From positions 107,825-171,824 of the forward strand of contig JBFWNL010000001.1 in assembly GCA_050251055.1 (NCBI GenBank): 64,000 nt of DNA, given 5' to 3'. The notes under the pieces were generated by a model, which was given only the letters and a program-made list of their open reading frames with translations, had not been told where the DNA came from and ran no database searches. Made by a program: the position numbers and the translations under genes. This DNA comes from Bacteriovoracia bacterium (GTDB lineage Bacteria; Bdellovibrionota; UBA1018; JBFWNL01). Shown here piece by piece: positions 20,873-29,858 of this stretch (positions within the stretch are counted from its first letter, which is position 1; each line of letters begins with the position of its first letter).

Positions 20873-22481
20873 ACGCGCGCGCGGCGAGGTAGCCCAAGGC
20901 TAGGGCCACGAGATGGTGCGTGGCCAAGATCTTTTCGGCCAGCATCGTGTACACGATCGCGTTCAGCGCGAGCGGTAGGATGATCGTGCGAGGCTGGGCG
21001 AGCAGGGCGCCCAGGGCCCCCGCGGCCGCGTACACCGCATTCGATGCGCCCACGTCCGGGATCGTGAGCAAGTTCTGGTAGGCGGCCGGCGCCAGCGTGG
21101 GTAGCGCAGCGCCCAGCAGCGCGGCAGTCAGGGGATTGGATGCCCACAGACCCAAGGCCACCGCCGCGAGCGCGAGCCGCGATCCTTGAACCAACTCGAT
21201 GGCGGCTACGAATAAAATAAATGTGCTCGTATCACCTAAAAGATGCCAAAGGTTGTTGTGAAAGAGGGGGCCGGCGAAAATGCCGGCGACGTTCCACTGC
21301 AGCGGCCAGAACTGAACCTGCGTGAATACGTCGGCGCCAATCGGTAAGTGCGTGCGCGCGGCATGCAAAGCCAAAAAGACCGCGCTAAAACCCAAGCTCA
21401 CTCGCATGCGTGCGAGCGCGTCGCCAAGCGTGGCCGGAAAGGGAAGTGGTTTAACGCCGGGCCGCAAGAGTTTGGGAAAGTCCCGCGCCAAAAGCGCGCG
21501 TGCTTTCGCGCGGAGCAGGCCTTCGGGGTAGTGCAGGCGAATCACCTGCCAAAACGTGGAAAACCCAATGGGACGCGAGCCCACGAGAAAAAGCGGCTCC
21601 CAGTGACTGGGGTTGAACTTGGACTTGAACTCGTAGAGCGAGCGGAAGTTGTAAAAGAAATTCGAGTTTCTAAAGATCCAGCGCAGCGCCGGATTTTGCG
21701 GGCGCTCGTCGTGCCCCACGGGCGCGAGGGGACATGCGCCCAGACGCACTTCGAGATAACCTTCTTCCCGAAGCTTACGCATGGATTCGATCAAAAGGAG
21801 CTCCATGAGCCCCGTCTTGAGCGGGCGCGAGCCTACGATGTCGGCGAAGTAGTAACCGTTCCGGGGATAGATGGGCGCCGCCGAAACGAACGCTTGCGGT
21901 TGGCCTTGCAGCTCCACGGCGAAAATGCGTCGTTGCTCGAGCTGAAACCACGGGTCGAAGCGGCTGAGGAACTGCAATGGGCTCGTTTTGCGGGCCTGGG
22001 TCCATTCGCCGCTGAGCGCGCGAAAAGCCGGATCGCGGGTGAAGCGATCGGCGCTGACCTCGACCACCTTTGCTCCGCGAATCTTGAGCGAACGTGCGCG
22101 GGGAAAGGCGGAGAGAGGGTCCGACGGCGAGTCGAAGTACTCGACGAGATTGAACACAGGCTCGGCGCCGACTTGCGTGCGGTGGTAGCCCTTCTCCTCC
22201 AGGCGTTTCGCGAAAGTGGCCGACACGGGCAAGATGAACGCGTGTTTGCGGCGTCCCTCGGCGGTCTGCGCGAAATCTTCGAAGGCTTGCATACGCTCGG
22301 ATTCGCGCGTGAGCGGCTCGGAAGCGGCAAACCACGCTCGGGAGGTCTCGACGTACTGGATACGTCCATCGGTCACGCGATGGCCGGGAAGGAAGCTGCT
22401 AAAGCTAGGGTGCAGGCTCATGAAGGAGCTGGTGCGGTCGCCGAATTTTTTTAACTCCGAAATGGATTTCGAATCACTCAT
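20811..22481 (-). CDS. DUF2156 (MprF/LPG-synthase C-terminal) domain fused to a C-terminal rhomboid-like membrane domain
   Basis: VGAEPVFNL, GLMELL, LGACPL, FYNFRSLYEFKSKFNPSHWEPLFL; then PLFHNNLWHLLGD, VGASNAVY, THH in TM segments. Confidence 0.8.
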   Translation of the reverse strand: MSDSKSISELKKFGDRTSSFMSLHPSFSSFLPGHRVTDGRIQYVETSRAWFAASEPLTRESERMQAFEDFAQTAEGRRKHAFILPVSATFAKRLEEKGYHRTQVGAEPVFNLVEYFDSPSDPLSAFPRARSLKIRGAKVVEVSADRFTRDPAFRALSGEWTQARKTSPLQFLSRFDPWFQLEQRRIFAVELQGQPQAFVSAAPIYPRNGYYFADIVGSRPLKTGLMELLLIESMRKLREEGYLEVRLGACPLAPVGHDERPQNPALRWIFRNSNFFYNFRSLYEFKSKFNPSHWEPLFLVGSRPIGFSTFWQVIRLHYPEGLLRAKARALLARDFPKLLRPGVKPLPFPATLGDALARMRVSLGFSAVFLALHAARTHLPIGADVFTQVQFWPLQWNVAGIFAGPLFHNNLWHLLGDTSTFILFVAAIELVQGSRLALAAVALGLWASNPLTAALLGAALPTLAPAAYQNLLTIPDVGASNAVYAAAGALGALLAQPRTIILPLALNAIVYTMLAEKILATHHLVALALGYLAARAFTAASASPKATSLRSDQIPR

Positions 22482-22563
22482 CCCACTCAACAGGATAAAT
22501 GAGGAAGCCGAAGCTGGCTGAAAAAAAGCCGTCAACTATCTGACGTTGCAATCCCCTTTGCTT

Positions 22564-22586
22564 CTGCGATCATGGATATATCGCAG
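22564..22586. promoter_or_regulatory. operator-like palindrome between divergent genes
   Basis: CTGCGAT-N9-ATCGCAG about 20 bp upstream of the porin ATG. Confidence 0.4.
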
Positions 22587-22605
22587 TAAGCCAACGGAGG
22601 TTTCT

Positions 22606-24117
22606 ATGATTTTCGTCGTTTTACTGGCTTCTCTCGGGTGGCACGCTCCCGGCATCAACGCCGCTCCCGCCGGTTGCGGAAGGGCGACGCTCACTTCAGG
22701 GGGCGACGTTTGTACTTCGCTTTCCGTTCAATTCGATTTGAGTGATTGCGACGACGCCAAGAAATCCGGTGCGGGCATCGTGAGCTGCCGCCGCGAAACG
22801 GGCGTGGCCGAAGTGAAGACGGCGCAGGCGATCTATTCCGTGGTCTTAAAGAAGGCCGAACACGGCGGGTGGGAAATCGTGGGCCCGGTTACGCGCAAGT
22901 TTTGGGCGGAAATGAAGGCCGCGCCAGCGGTTTTCGCGAACGCGCCGGCGACGCTTCCCGTACCGGCGGGCGCGCCCGACGGAGCTGGAGCGTTGGGGAG
23001 CGCCCCGGCGGCCACGAAGGTGAAATCGAGTCCGATCGAGCCCGCGTCGCCCCCGGAGAGCCCGGGACTGAAAGTAGGGGGAGCGCTCGACGCCTACTAC
23101 GCCTACAACTTCAATCAGCCGACTACGGTGACGCCGCCGACTACCGCGAATCCTGGCTTGCCCACGGCACAAACGCCGCTGCGAGGCTTCGACGCCTATC
23201 ATAATCAAGTCGCGCTCAGCCTAGCGGAACTCACGCTGCGGTACTCGGGGCGGGAAGTCGGGTTCAAGCTGGATTTGGATTTTGGCCAGACGACGGACAT
23301 CGAGCACCGCGCGGCGAATGGCGCGACGGACGCAGTATCCAAGCACGTCGGGCAGGCCGTCGTCTACTATTCGCCGGCGGCGATCCCGAATTTCACGTTG
23401 GGCGTGGGGAAGATGCCTTCGCATTTAGGGCTGGAGTCGATGAAAGCCCAGGAAAACTGGCAATACTCCCGCTCGTTTCTTTATATGCTAGCGATCCCGC
23501 ATTGGCATGTGGGCGCGACGCTTGCCTTCGGGCTGGTTCCGGGCAAATTGAACCTCGGCTTGGGGATCTACAACGGATGGAATCAGTTGTACGACTTCAA
23601 CGACGCAAAAACGTTGGGCTTACAGCTGAGCTTCACGCCGGTGCGGACGCTTGCGCTGAGTTACAATCTGATCTGGGGCGCCGAGCAAGCCGGCAATAAC
23701 GGGGATCGCCGCCTGGTGCAGGAGCTGAACGCGGTTTGGACGGCTTCTGATAAGGTGAGTCTGGCATTCGATTTCGTCTACGGGACGAGCGCGAACGAAA
23801 CACTCGCTTCGGGCAGCGTGGCCAATGTGAGCTGGCTAGGCGGTACCATCGCCGCTAAATTCAATCTGCATCCGAAATATTATCTCAGCCCACGCCTAGA
23901 GCTGTTTCGGGACGGCGAGGGATTCGCGACGGGCGCGGCTTCGGCGCAGACCTTGGATGGAATCACGCTGACGAACGGGTATCGGCTGGCGGAGGGTTTC
24001 GAGACGAGGCTCGAATTTCGACGGGATCACGCCACCTTGGCTTCTTTTTTGAGTCGGAACGGGGCGGGAGTAGACTCGCAGGTCACCGCGAGCATGTCGT
24101 TTCTCTTTTCTTTTTAA
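22606..24117 (+). CDS. outer-membrane beta-barrel porin (OmpL/bbp2-like) with N-terminal Cys-containing domain and Pro/Ala linker
   Basis: GGAGG RBS; signal peptide; GALDAYYAYNFNQP, ENWQYSRS, YNGWN, RLEFRRD; terminal F. Confidence 0.85.
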   Translation: MIFVVLLASLGWHAPGINAAPAGCGRATLTSGGDVCTSLSVQFDLSDCDDAKKSGAGIVSCRRETGVAEVKTAQAIYSVVLKKAEHGGWEIVGPVTRKFWAEMKAAPAVFANAPATLPVPAGAPDGAGALGSAPAATKVKSSPIEPASPPESPGLKVGGALDAYYAYNFNQPTTVTPPTTANPGLPTAQTPLRGFDAYHNQVALSLAELTLRYSGREVGFKLDLDFGQTTDIEHRAANGATDAVSKHVGQAVVYYSPAAIPNFTLGVGKMPSHLGLESMKAQENWQYSRSFLYMLAIPHWHVGATLAFGLVPGKLNLGLGIYNGWNQLYDFNDAKTLGLQLSFTPVRTLALSYNLIWGAEQAGNNGDRRLVQELNAVWTASDKVSLAFDFVYGTSANETLASGSVANVSWLGGTIAAKFNLHPKYYLSPRLELFRDGEGFATGAASAQTLDGITLTNGYRLAEGFETRLEFRRDHATLASFLSRNGAGVDSQVTASMSFLFSF

Positions 24118-24129
24118 AAGTTAGGTAGC

Positions 24130-24408
24130 CTAAAAAATCATTACTCGTACCTGACCCAGCGGCGAAAGGTGCTTGGCTCGGTGGGTTTGGGCGATGCGAA
24201 CGATCTGAAACTCGCTGGGTGGAAACCCGGTTTCGTATCTCCTTACGGTGTGAAACGCGGGACCGGCGGCTATACGACGCGCGAACGAAGTCGGCCCCGC
24301 TTGGTACCAGCCGCGCAGGGATCCAAACGGCGTGGTGACGTTCGGGCGCATGACCCGCACTAGGTTGATTGGCATCGAGCCGATGCTCGACGTCGATTGT
24401 ACTCTCAT
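24130..24408 (-). CDS. possible small basic hypothetical protein
   Basis: 92-aa ORF filling the gap, AGGAG upstream, co-oriented with the two upstream genes; no motif. Confidence 0.35.
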   Translation of the reverse strand: MRVQSTSSIGSMPINLVRVMRPNVTTPFGSLRGWYQAGPTSFARRIAAGPAFHTVRRYETGFPPSEFQIVRIAQTHRAKHLSPLGQVRVMIF

Positions 24409-24467
24409 AAACGACGCTACTCCTACAACGTACCGAATTTGCGCCTTTTGCCCAAAACTTCCGAAGC

Positions 24468-25703
24468 CTACTGACTGGCCGATCCGGCTACCGCGCGATT
24501 ATAGCTGCCGGCCCACGGCAGCTGGTCCACGCGAGGGGCCGATTTCCGATACCGAAACGTGACTCGATCAAAAATGCTGATGCTGCGATCCTGTTCGATC
24601 TGCGCGGGCGTGAGCTTGCCGAGCTTGAACTCGAGCAGATCGGTCGAAGCTTTCTTCGCCTCGTCTTTCTTGCCGAACATGCCGGCCATCATGTCCTTCA
24701 TGGCCTTTCCCATGTCGAATCCTTCGCCACCACCGGCTTTCTTGCCGCCGCCTCCGCCGCCCGCGTAAGCGAGCGCTTCGGAGCTGGCGCCGAGGTCGGC
24801 TTCCATCGCGGCGAGCTGCGCGTCGACCTTGGAGGCGTCGAGCCCTAGCGCGGTCATGGCTGCCTTGGTGACTTGGGCGCCGCTGGCGCCTTCCGGCATT
24901 GAGTTCATGAACTGACCGAGATCCACGCCTTTGCTTTTGAAGGCGTCATCCAGGGCCTTGCCGCTGATCTTAATCGAAGGATCCTTCGCGATGGCGCAGG
25001 CGACCTTGGCTTCGCCCGAGGCCGAAGAATCCTTCGTGCAGTCCTTTTCCTCGGCGTGACTCTTATCGAGATCTTTTTGAATATTAGAGTTGGCGGCTCC
25101 GACCTTGGCGCCCGCGCTACTTGCGGAGGTGGCCCCGCCCACGGCGCCCGTGCTGTATTCCTGAGAGGCCAAGCGCTGGGCGGCGGCGTTATTTTCTTTC
25201 TCCTGGTCGCCCGCGTTCTTCATCGTCATGCCCTTCATCATCGCCATCATCGCGTCCATGGCGGCAATCATGCAGGACTCTTTTCCTTCCTGCTTCTGGG
25301 CGAGCTGAATGCCGCCTTCGGCACCTTTTTCAAAGACGTTCATCGCGCTGGGCAGAGCCCCCACGAGGCCCATCATCGAACCTTGCATATCTTTCGCGAG
25401 TGCCATCGTCATGCCCGCGTCCGCGACGTGCGCGGCGAGCGACGATCCCGCGCAAACCGGGCCATTCACCTGAATGGCGCTCGCGCAAACCGCGGCACAG
25501 ACCGCCGCCGATGCTCCATAAACAAGCATGCCCATCATGGCGGCATTCTTGGTGTTCTTCGCGCCCTTGGCCGCCTCGCAGTGGGTGGCAACCTGGCCGT
25601 TGACGTCCATGTCGGTCGTGCAGTTGCCCGCATAGGCGTGCGCGTGCAGCGTCATCACGATCGAGAGCATGCTGGCGAAATTTCGCGCGTGGATCTTTGT
25701 CAT
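24468..25703 (-). CDS. secreted Ala/Gly/Met-rich hypothetical protein
   Basis: Signal peptide ending AYA; hydrophobic Cys-containing helices; Gly tract; C-terminal SIFDRVTFRY. Confidence 0.85.
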   Translation of the reverse strand: MTKIHARNFASMLSIVMTLHAHAYAGNCTTDMDVNGQVATHCEAAKGAKNTKNAAMMGMLVYGASAAVCAAVCASAIQVNGPVCAGSSLAAHVADAGMTMALAKDMQGSMMGLVGALPSAMNVFEKGAEGGIQLAQKQEGKESCMIAAMDAMMAMMKGMTMKNAGDQEKENNAAAQRLASQEYSTGAVGGATSASSAGAKVGAANSNIQKDLDKSHAEEKDCTKDSSASGEAKVACAIAKDPSIKISGKALDDAFKSKGVDLGQFMNSMPEGASGAQVTKAAMTALGLDASKVDAQLAAMEADLGASSEALAYAGGGGGGKKAGGGEGFDMGKAMKDMMAGMFGKKDEAKKASTDLLEFKLGKLTPAQIEQDRSISIFDRVTFRYRKSAPRVDQLPWAGSYNRAVAGSASQ

Positions 25704-25719
25704 CGTTCAAGTCCTTCTG

Positions 25720-28605
25720 CTACTTACGGTCAAACACGCCTTGGCTTTGCTTGCGCTGGTAGGTTTGGCTCACGCGGTTGAAAATGTTCACGTTCGAGCT
25801 CAGCAGCGAATCGGAACCCGCCGAAGCCGGTCCGCGCGATCCGTACTGCAGGATGTTCTTACCTTGCGCTTTTTCGCCGTCGGCGCCGCCGCCGAACATG
25901 CTTTTAAAAGCGCCCGCGAGGTCGAACCCGCCGCCACCGCCACCGCCGCGGCGGTTGCCCGCGCTGCCGCCGTAGTCATACGCCAGGCCGCCGCTGTTAC
26001 CCAAAAGGTTAGGTGCGCCGTCGCCTTCGCCGCCCGCGGAAGCCGCGCCACCGCCGGCGCCGCCGACGCTCAAGCCAGGCGAACCACCCACGCTACCGCC
26101 CGCATTCGGCCCGCCGCGCTGGAATTCTCCTGCCTTCGGACCTTGTGCCAGATCATCCTTCACCTTGTCCGTCGGCAGATCCGCGGGGAGCCCGCTGCCG
26201 TCGCCTCCGCCTTCTTCAGGCAGGGCCGCCGCAGCCGCGCTCGTTTGCGACGGGAGCGGCACGCTACCGCCCGGAGTGTCGCCCTGGGCACCGGCCGAAG
26301 GATCGAATTGAAACACCGGCGGGGGAGTTTGATTGGCCACCGCGGCATCTAGTTTATCGGCCGCCTTGTTCATCTCGTCGGCCGCCATTTTGGAGAACAT
26401 TCCTTGGATCATGTTCGCCACGCCTTTGATGCCAGACATGAACGACCCTTGATCCGCTTCGGACTTAGCGCGGCGATGTTCGTCCACCGCCATACCGGAG
26501 TAATCCGCCACGTCCCCGGCCATGCCTTGGTGTTTGACGTTAAACTGCTTGTCCCGTTTTGCGGTTTGCTGCCGGATGACCGCTTGGCAGAGGGCCATGG
26601 TTTGCGGATTCGCACCGCCTTTTTCAGCCAGGCACTCATTCATCTCCTGCACGTCTTGCCGTAGGATGTAGCGATCCTCGTTCAGCTTATACTTCTCCAC
26701 GATCTCATGGGCGACCTTACCGCCTTGGCTTTCGCGATCGGTGACCTGCACGCGGCCTGCGGTGTACTCCTCGCCTGCGCCGCGTTTGCCAGCCCCGCCG
26801 TTTTTGTCGAGCAGCGTTTCGGCGTTTTCCTGCGCTTCGGTAAAAGCCGCGATTTGTTCTTCGTGGTGCTTGGCGCGATTCATCTGCCACACCGTCATAC
26901 CTGCGTTGAGTGCGCCCTGCATCCCTTGCGCCATCGCGGCCGCATTGGCGGTTTTCGCCATTCCACGCATGGGCGAGCTAATGCCGCCGTCGGTTTGCGC
27001 TTGCATCTGCGCCGATTGACCTTGGAGACCAACGTAGCCTTGGCCAACCATTTGACCGGCCATATCGGAAACCTGCGACACTTGCACGGCGGTGCTCGTA
27101 TCCGAACAGCCGCCTCGACCCTTGAGGGCGGAGGAGTATTCGCAGCCTTCTTCGGTACCGCCGGCGCGCTTCAGGCGGGATTTGAAGTAGTCGAGCCCAC
27201 CTTCGCGGACTCCCTCGCGTAGCACGTCTTTCTTCGTGACCTGGGTGCCACCGATGGTTTCAAGTCCGTTCTTTCGCAGTTCTTTGTCGTATTCGGCGTC
27301 AAGCGTCGCCTGATCGGCCGCGCTTACGCTGCCTTCGCCTTTCAGGCGGGCCATGTCGGCCGTGCGCGCTTCGTTCTCGGCCCCGATCGTCCCGCTGTCG
27401 CGTTCGGCTTGCTTTTGTAATTCCTGACGACGCGTGAGATACGCCTCTTTCTCCTGCTCAAGCCGCGTGAGTTCCGCGGCGTCGGCTTGCGTGCCTTGTC
27501 CGTTTTGAGTCATGCGATCATTGACGGATTGGATTCTCTGGTCAAGGCCTTGGACCTTTTGGTCGATATTACCCATCTCGTTTTGCACGCGGGCGCGGTC
27601 GTTGTAGGCGGCTAGTCGCTCATCCCAGCCGCGACGTTCGGTCGTTCCCGGACGGCCGTAATTGGAATCGAGTACGACACCGTTGCTCTCGCGTGCACCG
27701 TTGATGGCGGCTTGACGATCCGCCCACGTGGATTGACGGGCGGTATCGGCCGCGGCGGCCTCGTTTGCTTTTGCCTGATCGGCTGCGGTTTGCGTTTGCG
27801 CTTGGGCGGCTTCGCCGGTGGGGCCCGAGCGAGCCCAACTTTGATCGCCGACGTTTTTATCCCCGTACTTGTTTCGGATGGCTTCGGCTTGTACGGCAGG
27901 GTCGGATATATCGCGGATTCGAGCCTGAGTTGACGAATCGAGTTCGTTGAATTGCCGAGCAAGGTCGGGATTGCTCGATACCGAGCTGTCCAGGCGGCGG
28001 CCATTCGGGTTCGCGGTGGCAGCGGCATTCGCAGAAGTCGGATTCACTGTCGGCGGACATTGCATAGGCGGATGGCAAGGCGTCGTGGCGGCATCCGCCG
28101 GAGGACCCGTGAACTGATAGGCCGTGGGCGAAACCTGGGCAGCCGGAGCGCCGGCTTGCGTGCCCGCGGGAGCTCCCGCGGGTTGGCCAGCTTGGCCTCC
28201 CGGAGCAGCGGTTTGCGCCGGCGCGCCGTTCGGACGGTACGGCTGCACGGGCGTGCGTGGCTGACTGAAGCGAGTGACGACGTCCTCGCTGCCGATATTG
28301 GTAACGCCGTTGAAGGGCGCGGGATTGCTTGTGCCGGGCGCGTGCGCGGTCACGAGGAACTGCGAATTGTTTTGATCGGCGCCGATGGGATAGTAAACCC
28401 CGCGGCTAGGGCCGCCGCCGGTGGCGCGCGAATCGTACGCGTAGAGTTGCCCCGTGCGCGAGTCGCGATAGACATCGACCATGTAACCGGTGCCGCCCGG
28501 TTTCTCGAACCTCATCTGCTTGTTGGCAAAGGTGAGACGGTTGCCGGCGAGCGCGGTGGACGCGAGCGCGAGCGAAGCGACGGCTACGGTGGTAAGAATT
28601 CTCAT
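25720..28605 (-). CDS. large secreted hypothetical protein with coiled coil and Gly-rich C-terminus
   Basis: Signal peptide ending ALA; Pro/Ala/Gln linker; coiled coil; C-terminal NIFNRVSQTY. Confidence 0.85.
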   Translation of the reverse strand: MRILTTVAVASLALASTALAGNRLTFANKQMRFEKPGGTGYMVDVYRDSRTGQLYAYDSRATGGGPSRGVYYPIGADQNNSQFLVTAHAPGTSNPAPFNGVTNIGSEDVVTRFSQPRTPVQPYRPNGAPAQTAAPGGQAGQPAGAPAGTQAGAPAAQVSPTAYQFTGPPADAATTPCHPPMQCPPTVNPTSANAAATANPNGRRLDSSVSSNPDLARQFNELDSSTQARIRDISDPAVQAEAIRNKYGDKNVGDQSWARSGPTGEAAQAQTQTAADQAKANEAAAADTARQSTWADRQAAINGARESNGVVLDSNYGRPGTTERRGWDERLAAYNDRARVQNEMGNIDQKVQGLDQRIQSVNDRMTQNGQGTQADAAELTRLEQEKEAYLTRRQELQKQAERDSGTIGAENEARTADMARLKGEGSVSAADQATLDAEYDKELRKNGLETIGGTQVTKKDVLREGVREGGLDYFKSRLKRAGGTEEGCEYSSALKGRGGCSDTSTAVQVSQVSDMAGQMVGQGYVGLQGQSAQMQAQTDGGISSPMRGMAKTANAAAMAQGMQGALNAGMTVWQMNRAKHHEEQIAAFTEAQENAETLLDKNGGAGKRGAGEEYTAGRVQVTDRESQGGKVAHEIVEKYKLNEDRYILRQDVQEMNECLAEKGGANPQTMALCQAVIRQQTAKRDKQFNVKHQGMAGDVADYSGMAVDEHRRAKSEADQGSFMSGIKGVANMIQGMFSKMAADEMNKAADKLDAAVANQTPPPVFQFDPSAGAQGDTPGGSVPLPSQTSAAAAALPEEGGGDGSGLPADLPTDKVKDDLAQGPKAGEFQRGGPNAGGSVGGSPGLSVGGAGGGAASAGGEGDGAPNLLGNSGGLAYDYGGSAGNRRGGGGGGGFDLAGAFKSMFGGGADGEKAQGKNILQYGSRGPASAGSDSLLSSNVNIFNRVSQTYQRKQSQGVFDRK

Positions 28606-28796
28606 CGAATCATTTCCCCTACATGCGACCATCCCCATGGCCGCGAAATCACGTTAGACAACTATGTGGAATGCGATCTTAATAATTTTGGCACAGAGCG
28701 TTAGTTGAGTCAATTGATCGGGGGTTAAGCGGTAAGAATCCCTATCGACCTAGGTCAGGGGCGACACAGGGAAGCGTGAAGCCGGCGGTAGAGTCC

Positions 28797-29738
28797 TTAA
28801 TACACGCGCTGAGGCGGCCGGAAATCGACCTGCATTTTCTGATCGACGTGCACGCTAAACGTCCAGCCGGTGTGAATGAGGCCATCATCATTTAAGAGGC
28901 CGGCGGGGGGATTGGGGAAGCGCCCAATCTTGCGCCAAGAGAACTCCACGGCGTCGTCGAACTGCGCGACGGGCGAGCGCTTTAGGTAGCGAATGCCGCG
29001 CAAGTTTCCCGCTTTGTTGAAGATTACGTCCACTTGCGTGACGTACACGCCCGGGTAAATGGTTTGGTCAGGCCGGACATTGTTGATGCGGCTTTGCCAG
29101 ATGGGCCCGATCGCTTCGTAAAGGCGCGAGTAGTACGAGTAGTACACGGACTGCTCGGTGTTGAGGGCGTTGCGCTCGCCCTCTGGAATCGTCGAGTCGT
29201 TTAACGCCTGGTCGCCTCCATTGGGGCGGGATTCGGCGGCGGGGTTTTTATTTTCCGAATTTTCCGCCTGTTTTGCGGCATTTTTCACGCGAAACGGCAC
29301 GCCGAGCTGGCTTAGGTTGGGCAGCGGTCGGATGCCCGTGTCGCCGCGCGGGCGCGCGGGCGCAGCGGTGTTCGGCGAAAAAGTGCCGGGGCGATTTTGC
29401 GGGATAACCTGTGTTTCCTTCGCGCGCGTTTCCTTGTCCACGCGTACGTTGCGCTCTGAAAAATAACGGGCACTGGGATCGGCTTTATCCGCGGCGGGTC
29501 GATCCTTTTGATCGAGCAACATGCGCTTTTGGATCTGTGCGCGGATTTCCTCGAGCTTCTGCGGATCGACCATGCTTACTTTCACGGGCGCGCCCGCGCG
29601 GTGCCCCAGGGGCAGGATCTGCGACCAGGGGAGAACCAGGAAAAGTACGTGCAGGAGGAGCGTCAATATTCCGACGATCCAACGACGATCAATAGTGAGC
29701 TGGCCGTTATCCGGCGCGGTATGGGCGTAGTCCGTCAT
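28797..29738 (-). CDS. TonB/TolA-family energy transducer-like protein
   Basis: N-terminal TM with conserved His (LLLHV); Pro-rich linker; LNT....YYSYYSR; FD.AV....GRFPNPP TonB_C-like end. Confidence 0.8.
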   Translation of the reverse strand: MTDYAHTAPDNGQLTIDRRWIVGILTLLLHVLFLVLPWSQILPLGHRAGAPVKVSMVDPQKLEEIRAQIQKRMLLDQKDRPAADKADPSARYFSERNVRVDKETRAKETQVIPQNRPGTFSPNTAAPARPRGDTGIRPLPNLSQLGVPFRVKNAAKQAENSENKNPAAESRPNGGDQALNDSTIPEGERNALNTEQSVYYSYYSRLYEAIGPIWQSRINNVRPDQTIYPGVYVTQVDVIFNKAGNLRGIRYLKRSPVAQFDDAVEFSWRKIGRFPNPPAGLLNDDGLIHTGWTFSVHVDQKMQVDFRPPQRVY

Positions 29739-29789
29739 AGTTTCAGCGCGACCCTGCCGTTATAGCGCTTTTTCACCGTAGATTCTTCT

Positions 29790-29816
29790 CAAAATTCCAG
29801 CCCAAGTATCCGATTT
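29790..29816 (+). promoter_or_regulatory. sigma28 (FliA)-like promoter
   Basis: CAAA-N15-TCCGATTT upstream of ORF 29859. Confidence 0.4.
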
Positions 29817-29858
29817 TATTTAGAAGAGGGAGAACTTGGGCCCGCTGCGGGCCAGGCC

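Noticed and set aside
24140-24175. TPP or c-di-GMP riboswitch-like fragment (ACCTGA...GCGAAAGG)
   Set aside because: Other required elements are missing, and it lies between convergent genes
28729-28796. Possible ncRNA or sigma54 promoter near the large secreted gene (TGGCAC at about 28690)
   Set aside because: No TTGC at the -12 position, wrong orientation for the gene, and no convincing structure
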